From a virus: a stretch of 64,000 nucleotides of DNA. The stretch is from positions 96,001 through 160,000 of IMG/VR virus record IMGVR_UViG_3300037483_000793; one strand, given 5' to 3'. Of the stretch, positions 26,547-34,533 are shown one piece after another; within the stretch, counting starts at the first letter, position 1; every line of letters begins with the position of its first letter. Made by a program: the position numbers and the translations under genes. The notes beneath the pieces were generated by a model, which saw only the letters and a list, made by a program, of their open reading frames with translations, did not search any database and was not told where the DNA came from.

Positions 26547-27446
26547 ATGGTGGCTGCGATGGCGCGCGTGCACGGTCGACGGCCACCTCGGCTCGAAGCG
26601 AGAGACCGCGTATGGATTGCGCGGATGCGGCAGCTTGCAGCGGCCGAGGCACGCGCCAACGCCGAAGACGCCGAGTTCGAAGATCGTCCGGTTCGCGCGC
26701 TCGCGCAGCGTGAGCAAGAACTGGCTGCGCCCGCCGTACGCGAGATCATCCGCGAGCGTGCATCGTCATGGATGCCGCTCGCGATTGGCCTGGGCATCGT
26801 TGCCGTGATCGGTGTCGCGGGCGTGGTGATCTACTTGCTCGTGCGGCGCAAGGACGGCCAGACAGCGGTGCTCGGCGAAGTCGATCCGCGCTTCGTGCCG
26901 ACACACATGCAGCAGCAACAGCCGCAGGTCTACCTGATCAACGCAGGCGGCGGTCAAGCGCAGGTCACGCGTGCCGAGCCTGCAAATGCGTCGGCACCCG
27001 CAAACGACGGTGCGATGTTGTCATTGCTCGGCCGCATCGAGGCAGGCATTGGCTCGCTCGTGAATCACAACAAGGTGCCCTACAACCAATCGACGATGCG
27101 AACGTACCGACTGCCGTGGCTTGCCGATGCAGGCAACTCGGCAGTCCGGATCGCGACCGCTGGCAATTCGTCGATGGAAGCTGTCGTGCGCGTCGTTTCG
27201 CCACCGGGCGGTCTTGCAGCATTCTCGTTCTCGCCGAACGAGTTGAATCTCGCGCAGACCGTCGTCGCGCCCGGACTGTCGACGGTACCAGCTGGTGAAA
27301 CGCTCGTGGTGCCCTCGGGGCAGCAACAGCCAATCCATATGAACCCGAAGCAGGTGCTGTACGCCAAGGGCAACCTGTCGAACTCGAACCCGACGGGCGC
27401 CGTCGTCATCTCGATCAGCACCGTTGACAACTACGTCTCGCGATGA
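26547..27446 (+). CDS. membrane-anchored protein with C-terminal beta-sandwich domain
   Basis: TM LAIGLGIVAVIGVAGVVIYLLV-RRK; C-terminal domain related to 25137-25439. Confidence 0.75.
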   Translation: MVAAMARVHGRRPPRLEARDRVWIARMRQLAAAEARANAEDAEFEDRPVRALAQREQELAAPAVREIIRERASSWMPLAIGLGIVAVIGVAGVVIYLLVRRKDGQTAVLGEVDPRFVPTHMQQQQPQVYLINAGGGQAQVTRAEPANASAPANDGAMLSLLGRIEAGIGSLVNHNKVPYNQSTMRTYRLPWLADAGNSAVRIATAGNSSMEAVVRVVSPPGGLAAFSFSPNELNLAQTVVAPGLSTVPAGETLVVPSGQQQPIHMNPKQVLYAKGNLSNSNPTGAVVISISTVDNYVSR

Positions 27447-27475
27447 GCGGACGTAGGCACATGATAGGCTGAGCC

Positions 27476-27886
27476 ATGGACCCGGCTCGGGCGCTCGTCA
27501 CATCGCCCACGATCCGTAACGACACGCCCGCCGCGCCAGACGACTGGGCGATGGTCGTGTTGATCAAAGGCGGTGGTGGTATTCCCATCATCGTCACGGT
27601 CGTCGGGCCGACGACCGGTGTCACGACGACGATTCCTGTCTCGGTGGTTCCGGTCGTTTTTTTAGCCGCGAATCCAGCACGGCTCGGCGCGACGATCGTC
27701 AATGACTCACCGAATCGGTTCCTCTACGTCAAGTTGGGTGCGGGTGTCGGACTCGCAAGTTACTCGGTGCGGATCGGGCCGCACAGTTACTATGAGTTGC
27801 CGTTCCCGGCATATACAGGCGTGATCGAAGGCGTCTGGAACGCTGTGACACCAGGAACATTCGCGACCGTCACCGAGTTGACGTAG
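27476..27886 (+). CDS. small beta-sandwich structural protein
   Basis: ANPARLGATIVND...KLG...PFPAYTGVIEG...TELT; paralog of 29186-29743. Confidence 0.75.
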   Translation: MDPARALVTSPTIRNDTPAAPDDWAMVVLIKGGGGIPIIVTVVGPTTGVTTTIPVSVVPVVFLAANPARLGATIVNDSPNRFLYVKLGAGVGLASYSVRIGPHSYYELPFPAYTGVIEGVWNAVTPGTFATVTELT

Positions 27887-27894
27887 GATGAGGT

Positions 27895-28188
27895 ATGCCC
27901 GTTCAAGCCCTCATCCGTAAGCTGACCCGTGCGCAGATCGACAAGGTCGTCGCTGACTCCAAAGCGAAGCTCACCGTCCAGGATCAGAGCGGCGCAACGC
28001 TCGTCATCGTGACCGCTACGATGGACGGCGAGGGTAAGGATCCCGTCGCCAACCTCGCGCTGCAGAAGATCTGCGACATGGATGCTGCCGTTGTGCAGAA
28101 GGAGCGCGAGGAAGAGGCGGCCAAGATTGCGGCCGAGAAGCGGGCCAAGCTCGCTGCAGAAGCGGCGAAGGCCGCCAACAACGGCTAG
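27895..28188 (+). CDS. hypothetical protein
   Basis: GAGG RBS; Ala/Glu/Lys-rich C-terminal helix. Confidence 0.65.
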   Translation: MPVQALIRKLTRAQIDKVVADSKAKLTVQDQSGATLVIVTATMDGEGKDPVANLALQKICDMDAAVVQKEREEEAAKIAAEKRAKLAAEAAKAANNG

Positions 28189-29102
28189 GCAACACGCCGA
28201 CGCTTCGGCGGTCTGCGCGACTTGGTCTTTTTCGTTTGTACCTTCGCACGCGCTTTCGCTGCTGCCTCGACAAGACTCGGCGGGTTCTCAGGCAACGGTT
28301 CCGGTGGCGGCGCTGGGGGTGCCGTGTTGAACTTCGCGAGCGCGATGATCTGTTGCACCATGACGATCAGTGGCTTGGGTGGATTTTCGGCGTCAAACCA
28401 GCCGACGCTTTCCCACATCGCGTCGATCGGTTGTGGTTCGCCGCCGACGTACTCGCAGGACATCACCAGCGTCAGGAAGTGCTGACCCGCTTTCTCGACA
28501 AACGTCGAGACGTATGGCGCGAACTTCGAGACCGCTATCCGACCGACGTCGAGACCGGTTGTGACCTTCACGGCACGCTGTACCGCGCTCTCGACGGACT
28601 CGCCGACTTCGAGTGCACCTTCGGGCAGCACATAGACGCCGCTCTTCTTGAGCTTGCCCATGAGGACGTTGCCCTCGTGGATCATGAGCGCTGTGACAGC
28701 GACGCGAACGACGGGCCTGTCGGTGGCGTCGATCTCGCCGATTTTGAAATCGGTCGATACCGGACACGCAGGATCGACTGGCCAGCGCCCCAATGCCCAC
28801 TTCTTGGCGTCGTTGCGATCGAAGAACGTCGCTAGCGGTTCCTGTGAATCGGGCGGCGCGAAGACCGCGGACACACGGCGACCGCCGATTGCCAGCTCGG
28901 GCGGTTTCGAGCCGATTGTCAAGTAGACTGGCTTGCCGTCTTTGCCCTGGTCAAGTACGAGCAGTGCCTCGTCACCCAGCTCGGCGCGCCGCGTCGAATA
29001 CGCCTCGGCCAACATCCGAACTGCCAGTGGCGGCAGCTTTTCAGCAGCGATTCGTTCAGGTGAATCGGCAGCGTGCGGACTGATGCGGATGATCGTCTTC
29101 AC
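28185..29102 (-). CDS. Nudix-fold protein with degenerate Nudix box
   Basis: RVAVTALMIHEGNVLMGK...VLPEGALEVGESVESAVQRAVKVTTGL; GTG start 6 nt after TACGGT. Confidence 0.75.
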   Translation of the reverse strand: MKTIIRISPHAADSPERIAAEKLPPLAVRMLAEAYSTRRAELGDEALLVLDQGKDGKPVYLTIGSKPPELAIGGRRVSAVFAPPDSQEPLATFFDRNDAKKWALGRWPVDPACPVSTDFKIGEIDATDRPVVRVAVTALMIHEGNVLMGKLKKSGVYVLPEGALEVGESVESAVQRAVKVTTGLDVGRIAVSKFAPYVSTFVEKAGQHFLTLVMSCEYVGGEPQPIDAMWESVGWFDAENPPKPLIVMVQQIIALAKFNTAPPAPPPEPLPENPPSLVEAAAKARAKVQTKKTKSRRPPKRRRVA

Positions 29103-29155
29103 GGACGGACCGTAACACGACACGAAGATGGCCCTGATCGGGTAGACTAGAGGTC

Positions 29156-29171
29156 GATCGCTGCTGCGATC
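29156..29171. promoter_or_regulatory. GATCGC-N4-GCGATC palindrome
   Basis: GATCGCTGCTGCGATC between TAGACT and the GAGGAG RBS. Confidence 0.85.
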
Positions 29172-29185
29172 GAGGAGCACCCAGG

Positions 29186-29743
29186 ATGTCGTTAACCAAC
29201 GCCTACACCGTTCTCTACGATTCAGCTGACGTCGAGACCGGTACAGCCACGAACCCGCTGCGTATCGACCCGACCGGTACGACAACGCAGCCTGTCAGCG
29301 GCACGGTAACGGCCAATCAGGGTACACCTGCAATCGTCGCGAACGCGTGGCCGATCCTGGTCACCGACGGCGTTGACACAGCCGAAGTCGTGAACGCCGC
29401 ACCGGGTGCAGGTGCGTTCGGTCTCGTGGTTCGCATTGCCGGTACGATTACGACGTCGATCGCGCAGCCCGCGACGTCGACGGTCACAAGTGTGGCCGTC
29501 GACGACACCGTTGATACGATTCTCGCTTCAAACGCGAACCGTCTCGGGGCGATTCTGTGGAACGATGGCCCCAACAACGCGTTCGCCAAGCTCGGTGCAG
29601 CCGCGACCACGGCGAGCTTCACGGTTCGTCTGGCGAACAAGAGTGAGTGGGAAATCCCGTTCCCTGTCTACACAGGAATCATCACGGGCATCTGCGCGGC
29701 GACGCAGACCGCGACCGTGCTCGCAACCGAGCTGACGCCGTAG
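29186..29743 (+). CDS. structural protein (fibre/spike-like N-part plus beta-sandwich)
   Basis: SNANRLGAILWND...KLG...PFPVYTGIITG...TELT. Confidence 0.8.
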   Translation: MSLTNAYTVLYDSADVETGTATNPLRIDPTGTTTQPVSGTVTANQGTPAIVANAWPILVTDGVDTAEVVNAAPGAGAFGLVVRIAGTITTSIAQPATSTVTSVAVDDTVDTILASNANRLGAILWNDGPNNAFAKLGAAATTASFTVRLANKSEWEIPFPVYTGIITGICAATQTATVLATELTP

Positions 29744-29763
29744 TGGTAACGTCGGGCTGAACG

Positions 29764-30138
29764 ATGCCCGTTAACGACCAGACCCCCGACGTAACGCTGG
29801 TTGACCCCAACGGGGGCGAGGTTGGCACCCTCGCCAGCCCGCTGTTCACCCAAGAGGCGACGGTCGGTACGCTTAACGCGGGCGCACAGGTCGCCTTCGG
29901 CGCGGCACAGGGCTCTATCCTCGCCGCGAACGCCAACCGCAAAGCCGTCATCGTTCAGAACATCAGCGCCACTGCGGCGTGTCGCGTCGGCGTGACCGGC
30001 GTGACCAATGCGACTGGCATCCAGGTCGTGGCCGGTGCAACCCTGATCCTTGAGATGCCGTATTGTCCGACCGCGGAGCTGTTCGCGATCCGCGAGGCCG
30101 CGGTCAGCGGCACCGTTCTGGTCACGGAGATCACATGA
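29764..30138 (+). CDS. small beta-sandwich structural protein
   Basis: ANANRKAVIVQN...TEIT; distant paralog of the two above. Confidence 0.75.
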   Translation: MPVNDQTPDVTLVDPNGGEVGTLASPLFTQEATVGTLNAGAQVAFGAAQGSILAANANRKAVIVQNISATAACRVGVTGVTNATGIQVVAGATLILEMPYCPTAELFAIREAAVSGTVLVTEIT

Positions 30139-30326
30139 GCGTACGCATCATCCTTCCGTCTTCGGGCAGCAGCCCCCCATCGGGCCCGCCTTTCCTCAAC
30201 GACCACGTGCTCACGGCAGACACGACCATCACCGCGGGCACCGCCCTCACGGTCAATCGCTACGTTGAAATCGCGGCGGGCGTGACGCTGCGTATCGAAG
30301 CAGATGCCGATCTGGAGATTTCATGA
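30135..30326 (+). CDS. small structural protein
   Basis: MSVRIILP... ATGA overlaps on both sides. Confidence 0.6.
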   Translation: MSVRIILPSSGSSPPSGPPFLNDHVLTADTTITAGTALTVNRYVEIAAGVTLRIEADADLEIS

Positions 30327-31522
30327 GCTACGTGACGCAGATGGAGGGTGCTGCACCTGCAACACCCGCTGCTGGCGAAGGCACCTGGTACATCGACACC
30401 AACGGAGAGCCCAAGTTCATCGACGACAACGGCGTCAATGTTTTCCTCGCGCCCAAGTGGAAGTACAACTGGGTGCGCAACGGCGGGATGTGGTTCGCGC
30501 AGCGGCAAGCGCCCGGCACGCTGACCACGTACAGCAACACGACTGGTCGGTCATGCGGAGCGGATGGGTGGTGCATCACCAACGAGAACGCGAGCGTTCA
30601 ATACCAACGCACTGACACGATCACGGCGCCCGAGACCGGGTTGGTCGCGCGCTATTACGGCAAGTTCACCAAGATCACGTCGGCGGGCAAGCTAGTCGTC
30701 TCGCAAGTTATCGAGGGCCTCGACACCGCGAACCTGCGCGGCAGCACGGTGCGCGTTCAGGTGAAGATGAAGAGCATCGTCAATGACCTGACGGTGCGTC
30801 TGGGGCTCGCGTATCTGACCACCGGCACGCCAGACACCGGCATGCCAGCGGTGTTCGTCACTGCGTTTGGTGCCAACACCGTCGATCCGACACTGGGCAC
30901 AAACCTTTCGTACATCGCGCCCAAGGCCGGTGTGAATGCCGATGGCGGAACCGTCGATGGCAACTGCGTCGACTGCGCACTCACCACAACGACATGGACT
31001 CGCTACGGTGCGGTGTTCGATGTGCCGTCGGGCGCGCGCAACCTCGTGCTCTTGATTTTCTCCGACAGCCAGCTCGCTACCACCAACGGCATCGCGATGT
31101 CCGAGGCCACCTTGACCGATGGCCAAGCGATCCAAGACTGGGCGCCGCAGGCGTATCAACAAGAGCTGGCCCGTGTGCAGCGCTTCTACGCCAAGAGCTT
31201 CGACATCGACACGCTGCCCGCACAGAACGTCGGCATCGCCGGATCGGTTCGTGGACACGTGAACGTCGCGGGTGCGACCGCGGGTCAGGTCATGGGCGCT
31301 CGGTTTCCAGTTGCGATGCGCATCGCACCGACAACAGTTACGTTCTTCAACCCGAGCGCGGCCAACGCCTTTGTTCGCAATACGACAGCGGGAACCGACG
31401 CCACCGCAACCAGCTTCGCAAATGCTGCGGAGCAAGCGATGGACATCACGTTCACCGGCATCGCAGCGTGGGCAGTCGGCGCCGCAACCGCCGTTCATTA
31501 CACGGCCGACGCCGAGATCTAA
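30323..31522 (+). CDS. fibre/receptor-binding protein
   Basis: APATPAAG..WYID linker, NWVRNGGMWFAQR (carbohydrate-binding-like), QQELARVQRFYAKS. Confidence 0.7.
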   Translation: MSYVTQMEGAAPATPAAGEGTWYIDTNGEPKFIDDNGVNVFLAPKWKYNWVRNGGMWFAQRQAPGTLTTYSNTTGRSCGADGWCITNENASVQYQRTDTITAPETGLVARYYGKFTKITSAGKLVVSQVIEGLDTANLRGSTVRVQVKMKSIVNDLTVRLGLAYLTTGTPDTGMPAVFVTAFGANTVDPTLGTNLSYIAPKAGVNADGGTVDGNCVDCALTTTTWTRYGAVFDVPSGARNLVLLIFSDSQLATTNGIAMSEATLTDGQAIQDWAPQAYQQELARVQRFYAKSFDIDTLPAQNVGIAGSVRGHVNVAGATAGQVMGARFPVAMRIAPTTVTFFNPSAANAFVRNTTAGTDATATSFANAAEQAMDITFTGIAAWAVGAATAVHYTADAEI

Positions 31523-31524
31523 AG

Positions 31525-32880
31525 ATGCAGTCGTTCAGGTTCAGGCAGCCGCCCGGAGCGAAGCCTGGGGCGACGCATCGCTACGTCGAGCGTAACCGCG
31601 GGGTGAGTGACCTCGCGACGCTGTCTCAACCGCCAACGCTCTTGCCGTTCGCGCAGGAAGACAGCGGCGCGCGCTACGCGCTGTCACGTGGCAGCTACTA
31701 CAACTACCTCCGCAACTCGGGGTTCTGGTCCACGCAAGTGCGGTCACTCAACAGCACCGCCGGTCTCGGCTTTACGATCCCAGTCAACGAACGCGTGTTG
31801 ACCTACGACGGCTGGTCCATGTGCTCGTCAGATAACGGAGTGAACCAAACCTTCCTCGAAGGGTTAGTGTCACGACAGCCGCTGTACCGATCGCCGTATT
31901 ACTGGGGCGCGTTCGGTATCGACGGCGGTGGTCGCGCGATGGTCTCTCAGGTCATCGAGGCGCAAGACGTGTTCGCATTGCGCGGCAGGATCGTCCGCGC
32001 CCAGGCCGTCGTTGCTTTCTGCGCCCAATCATCAGCAATCACGACGCCGTTCGCGCGGGTACGTATCGCACTGGCGAAGCTGTCTGGTGGGACGACCGAC
32101 GTGATCCCGACGACGTTCATGACCGGCTTCGCAAATTCTGGAACCGTCCCGATCCTCGGCGCGAATCTTTCATTCATACCGCCGTTGACGTATGGCGCAG
32201 ACGGCGGTGTCGCAGAAGTCTCGTCGATTGTCGGAACAGGTTTCGGACCTCGAAACGGTATCTCGACGGCGTCGGCAACGGTAAATTCTCGAACCGGCGT
32301 TTCGTTTTTCCCCGCGTTCCCGCGAGGCCAGCGGCTCGGAGGTCTTTGGCAGATCCCGTCCGATGCGCAAAATCTGATCTTCATGATCTGGAACGATCAG
32401 AACATGAACAGCTCCAGTTTGGCTACGTTCCTCGCGGTGTCCCAGCCGAGCTTGACTGTGGGAGAGGCAATTCAGGAGTGGCGTTGTCTTTCGATGGCCG
32501 CTGAGATCGCGCGCTCACAGCGCTTCCTGAGCAGTAGTTTCAGTCCAACGAGTCCAACAGGTGCCGGTGCTCGTCAGCTCGCTGGACTCGCCGGATCTGT
32601 TAGAGGCTACGTCAATGCCGGTGGCACCGCCTCGGGGCAAATCCTGCCGATTCGGTTTCCCGTTGAGATGCGCGCAGCACCCACGATCACGCTCTACAAT
32701 CCGAGCGCCGCCAACGCCTTTGTTCGCAATACGCAAGAGGCCACAGATGCTACAGCTTCTGCCACTGCAAACATCGGCACAACGGGGGCTGATGTGACGT
32801 TTACGGGTCGTGGTGGCGGTGGGTCGTGGGACATCGGAGATCCCGTCGCTGTTCACTATCTCGCCAACGCTGAGATCTGA
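31525..32880 (+). CDS. fibre/receptor-binding protein, paralog of 30323-31522
   Basis: NYLRNSGFW...DGW...SQVIE..D...LRG...FPVEMRAAPT.TLYNPSAANAFVRNT...HYLANAEI. Confidence 0.75.
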   Translation: MQSFRFRQPPGAKPGATHRYVERNRGVSDLATLSQPPTLLPFAQEDSGARYALSRGSYYNYLRNSGFWSTQVRSLNSTAGLGFTIPVNERVLTYDGWSMCSSDNGVNQTFLEGLVSRQPLYRSPYYWGAFGIDGGGRAMVSQVIEAQDVFALRGRIVRAQAVVAFCAQSSAITTPFARVRIALAKLSGGTTDVIPTTFMTGFANSGTVPILGANLSFIPPLTYGADGGVAEVSSIVGTGFGPRNGISTASATVNSRTGVSFFPAFPRGQRLGGLWQIPSDAQNLIFMIWNDQNMNSSSLATFLAVSQPSLTVGEAIQEWRCLSMAAEIARSQRFLSSSFSPTSPTGAGARQLAGLAGSVRGYVNAGGTASGQILPIRFPVEMRAAPTITLYNPSAANAFVRNTQEATDATASATANIGTTGADVTFTGRGGGGSWDIGDPVAVHYLANAEI

Positions 32881-32927
32881 TCTTGAATTCTGTGCTTTAG
32901 TCGCCGGACACCAACAGGAGAAATCAC

Positions 32928-33746
32928 ATGAAGAAGATTGCACTCAGTTTGCTGCTCTTGCTCTCACTCACGACCGTTGCACACGCCACCGACGTCCCTG
33001 CGTACCGCGCCAGCTGGACGGCAAGTGGCACCAATCCACAGGTCACGTTCACGCCCGCGGTCGGCGACTCGATCTTCGTGTTCGTCGCGGCTGCTGATCT
33101 CGGCACCAACGTCATCCCTGGCGTATCGGACAACGCGAGCGGGACCTACTGGGACCAGTATTGCGTGCCGAGCTGGTACTACACGTCGAACAAGAAAAAC
33201 ATGGGGTTCGCGTTTACGCGCACGCAGCAGATCAGCAGTGCGTCGTCTACTACGATCTCCTTCGACACGAGCGGCAAGCGCGCTGCCGCGATCGTGATCG
33301 CAGTCAGCGGCCTCACCTTGTGGGATGCGGTCCCGAAGATCAACGGGTGCGGTTCGACGGTGAATCCGATGGGTATCACGAACGGCAATGTGCGCCAGGT
33401 GAAGGCGCTGGTCTATTGTATCAGCAGTCCACCGGAGCTTTGCGGCACCAACCCGATCGTAGCGGGTGCTACGCCAGCGGTTCCGCGCTACTTCCAGCAG
33501 CAGACTGCGTTTCTGTCGACGAGCCTCACGCTCGCGGTCGTCATGACCGAAGAGTCATCGCCGGGCATCACAGCGCCGAGTGGTTGGACACAGCGCTCGA
33601 CGGTCAGCACGACGTCACAAGGAAAGACGATCGGGCTCAACCTGTCGACACGGGATAGCGGTTTCTCGGACATCACCGTGACCTGGGGATCGACCTCGCC
33701 GACGGATGGCACTGCCATGGTCATCGAGGTCATTCCGCTCCAGTAG
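32928..33746 (+). CDS. secreted beta-rich protein
   Basis: Sec signal peptide MKKIALSLLLLLSLTTVAHA; AGGAG RBS. Confidence 0.75.
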   Translation: MKKIALSLLLLLSLTTVAHATDVPAYRASWTASGTNPQVTFTPAVGDSIFVFVAAADLGTNVIPGVSDNASGTYWDQYCVPSWYYTSNKKNMGFAFTRTQQISSASSTTISFDTSGKRAAAIVIAVSGLTLWDAVPKINGCGSTVNPMGITNGNVRQVKALVYCISSPPELCGTNPIVAGATPAVPRYFQQQTAFLSTSLTLAVVMTEESSPGITAPSGWTQRSTVSTTSQGKTIGLNLSTRDSGFSDITVTWGSTSPTDGTAMVIEVIPLQ

Positions 33747-33771
33747 CGGCCGAGACGCGCTACTATGTAGC

Positions 33772-34089
33772 GTGAAGTTGATTATCGAACGTGTCACGAG
33801 CGTGACGCTAAAAGCTGTAACGAAAGAGCCCGTCGCGGTTCTCGCTGTCGACCTTCTTCCTGCATTTCCCGGTGATGACTTCTGGGTCATCGCCGACGGC
33901 AAGCGCGAGAGGCACACGATCTTGACGCTTCGTATGGGCGTTGAGAACGGGCAAGTTATCGCGATGATCGAGATCGCAGTGGCCGCGCGCTACCCCGAGA
34001 TCGATCTCGCGATGCTCGTAAAGGCCCGTGGTGACGTCGAGCTACCACCTGATGCTAGCCAGCACGGCGGCGCGCCGCCGCCGAGTTGA
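33772..34089 (+). CDS. hypothetical protein
   Basis: GTG 5 nt after TACTAT. Confidence 0.55.
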   Translation: MKLIIERVTSVTLKAVTKEPVAVLAVDLLPAFPGDDFWVIADGKRERHTILTLRMGVENGQVIAMIEIAVAARYPEIDLAMLVKARGDVELPPDASQHGGAPPPS

Positions 34090-34435
34090 ACTGCTTCGCG
34101 CGAACCTGCGCACGCCAGTCATCGCCGCGTCGCTGTCGCTGCGTCCACGCGCCTTTGTGGACGAGCCTGAGTGCGGCTTCGACAGCGCCACGCCAACCGA
34201 CCGGCTCGCGAGGTGCGGGACCGTTGAGCTTGCGCCGGAATAGCCCGAGCGCGATGGCGACAAGCGCGTCAGTGCCGTTCTCATCGTCGAAGTCACAAGG
34301 CAGGAGGCCCTGACTTGCCGCCTGCAGCGCGACTTCGGTGATCGAGATCTCGCGATTCGTTGCGCAGACTGCTACAGCCAGTAGGTGTCCGACGCGCTTA
34401 TCGCGCATCGTGATCTTGACCGTTGTACTATTCAC
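34055..34435 (-). CDS. hypothetical protein
   Basis: Coupled to the upstream small ORF. Confidence 0.55.
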   Translation of the reverse strand: MNSTTVKITMRDKRVGHLLAVAVCATNREISITEVALQAASQGLLPCDFDDENGTDALVAIALGLFRRKLNGPAPREPVGWRGAVEAALRLVHKGAWTQRQRRGDDWRAQVRAKQFNSAAARRRAG

Positions 34436-34533
34436 CGTCGGCGCTCATCGAGACGCATCTGCCGCCGCCAGAGTACTCCAGCGGTACCGAACCCGAGCAC
34501 GAATCCGATGAAGAGGAATATACCGTCGGACAT
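34432..34533 (-). CDS. 33-aa single-TM peptide
   Basis: MSDGIFLFIGFVLGFGTAGVLWRRQMRLDERRR; TGATG overlap with the vWA gene stop. Confidence 0.55.
   Translation of the reverse strand: MSDGIFLFIGFVLGFGTAGVLWRRQMRLDERRR

Noticed and set aside
30994-31524. Track start of the 628-aa ORF at 30994
   Set aside because: It overlaps 30323-31522 in another frame; the plausible start is the ATG at 31525, just after the upstream stop.
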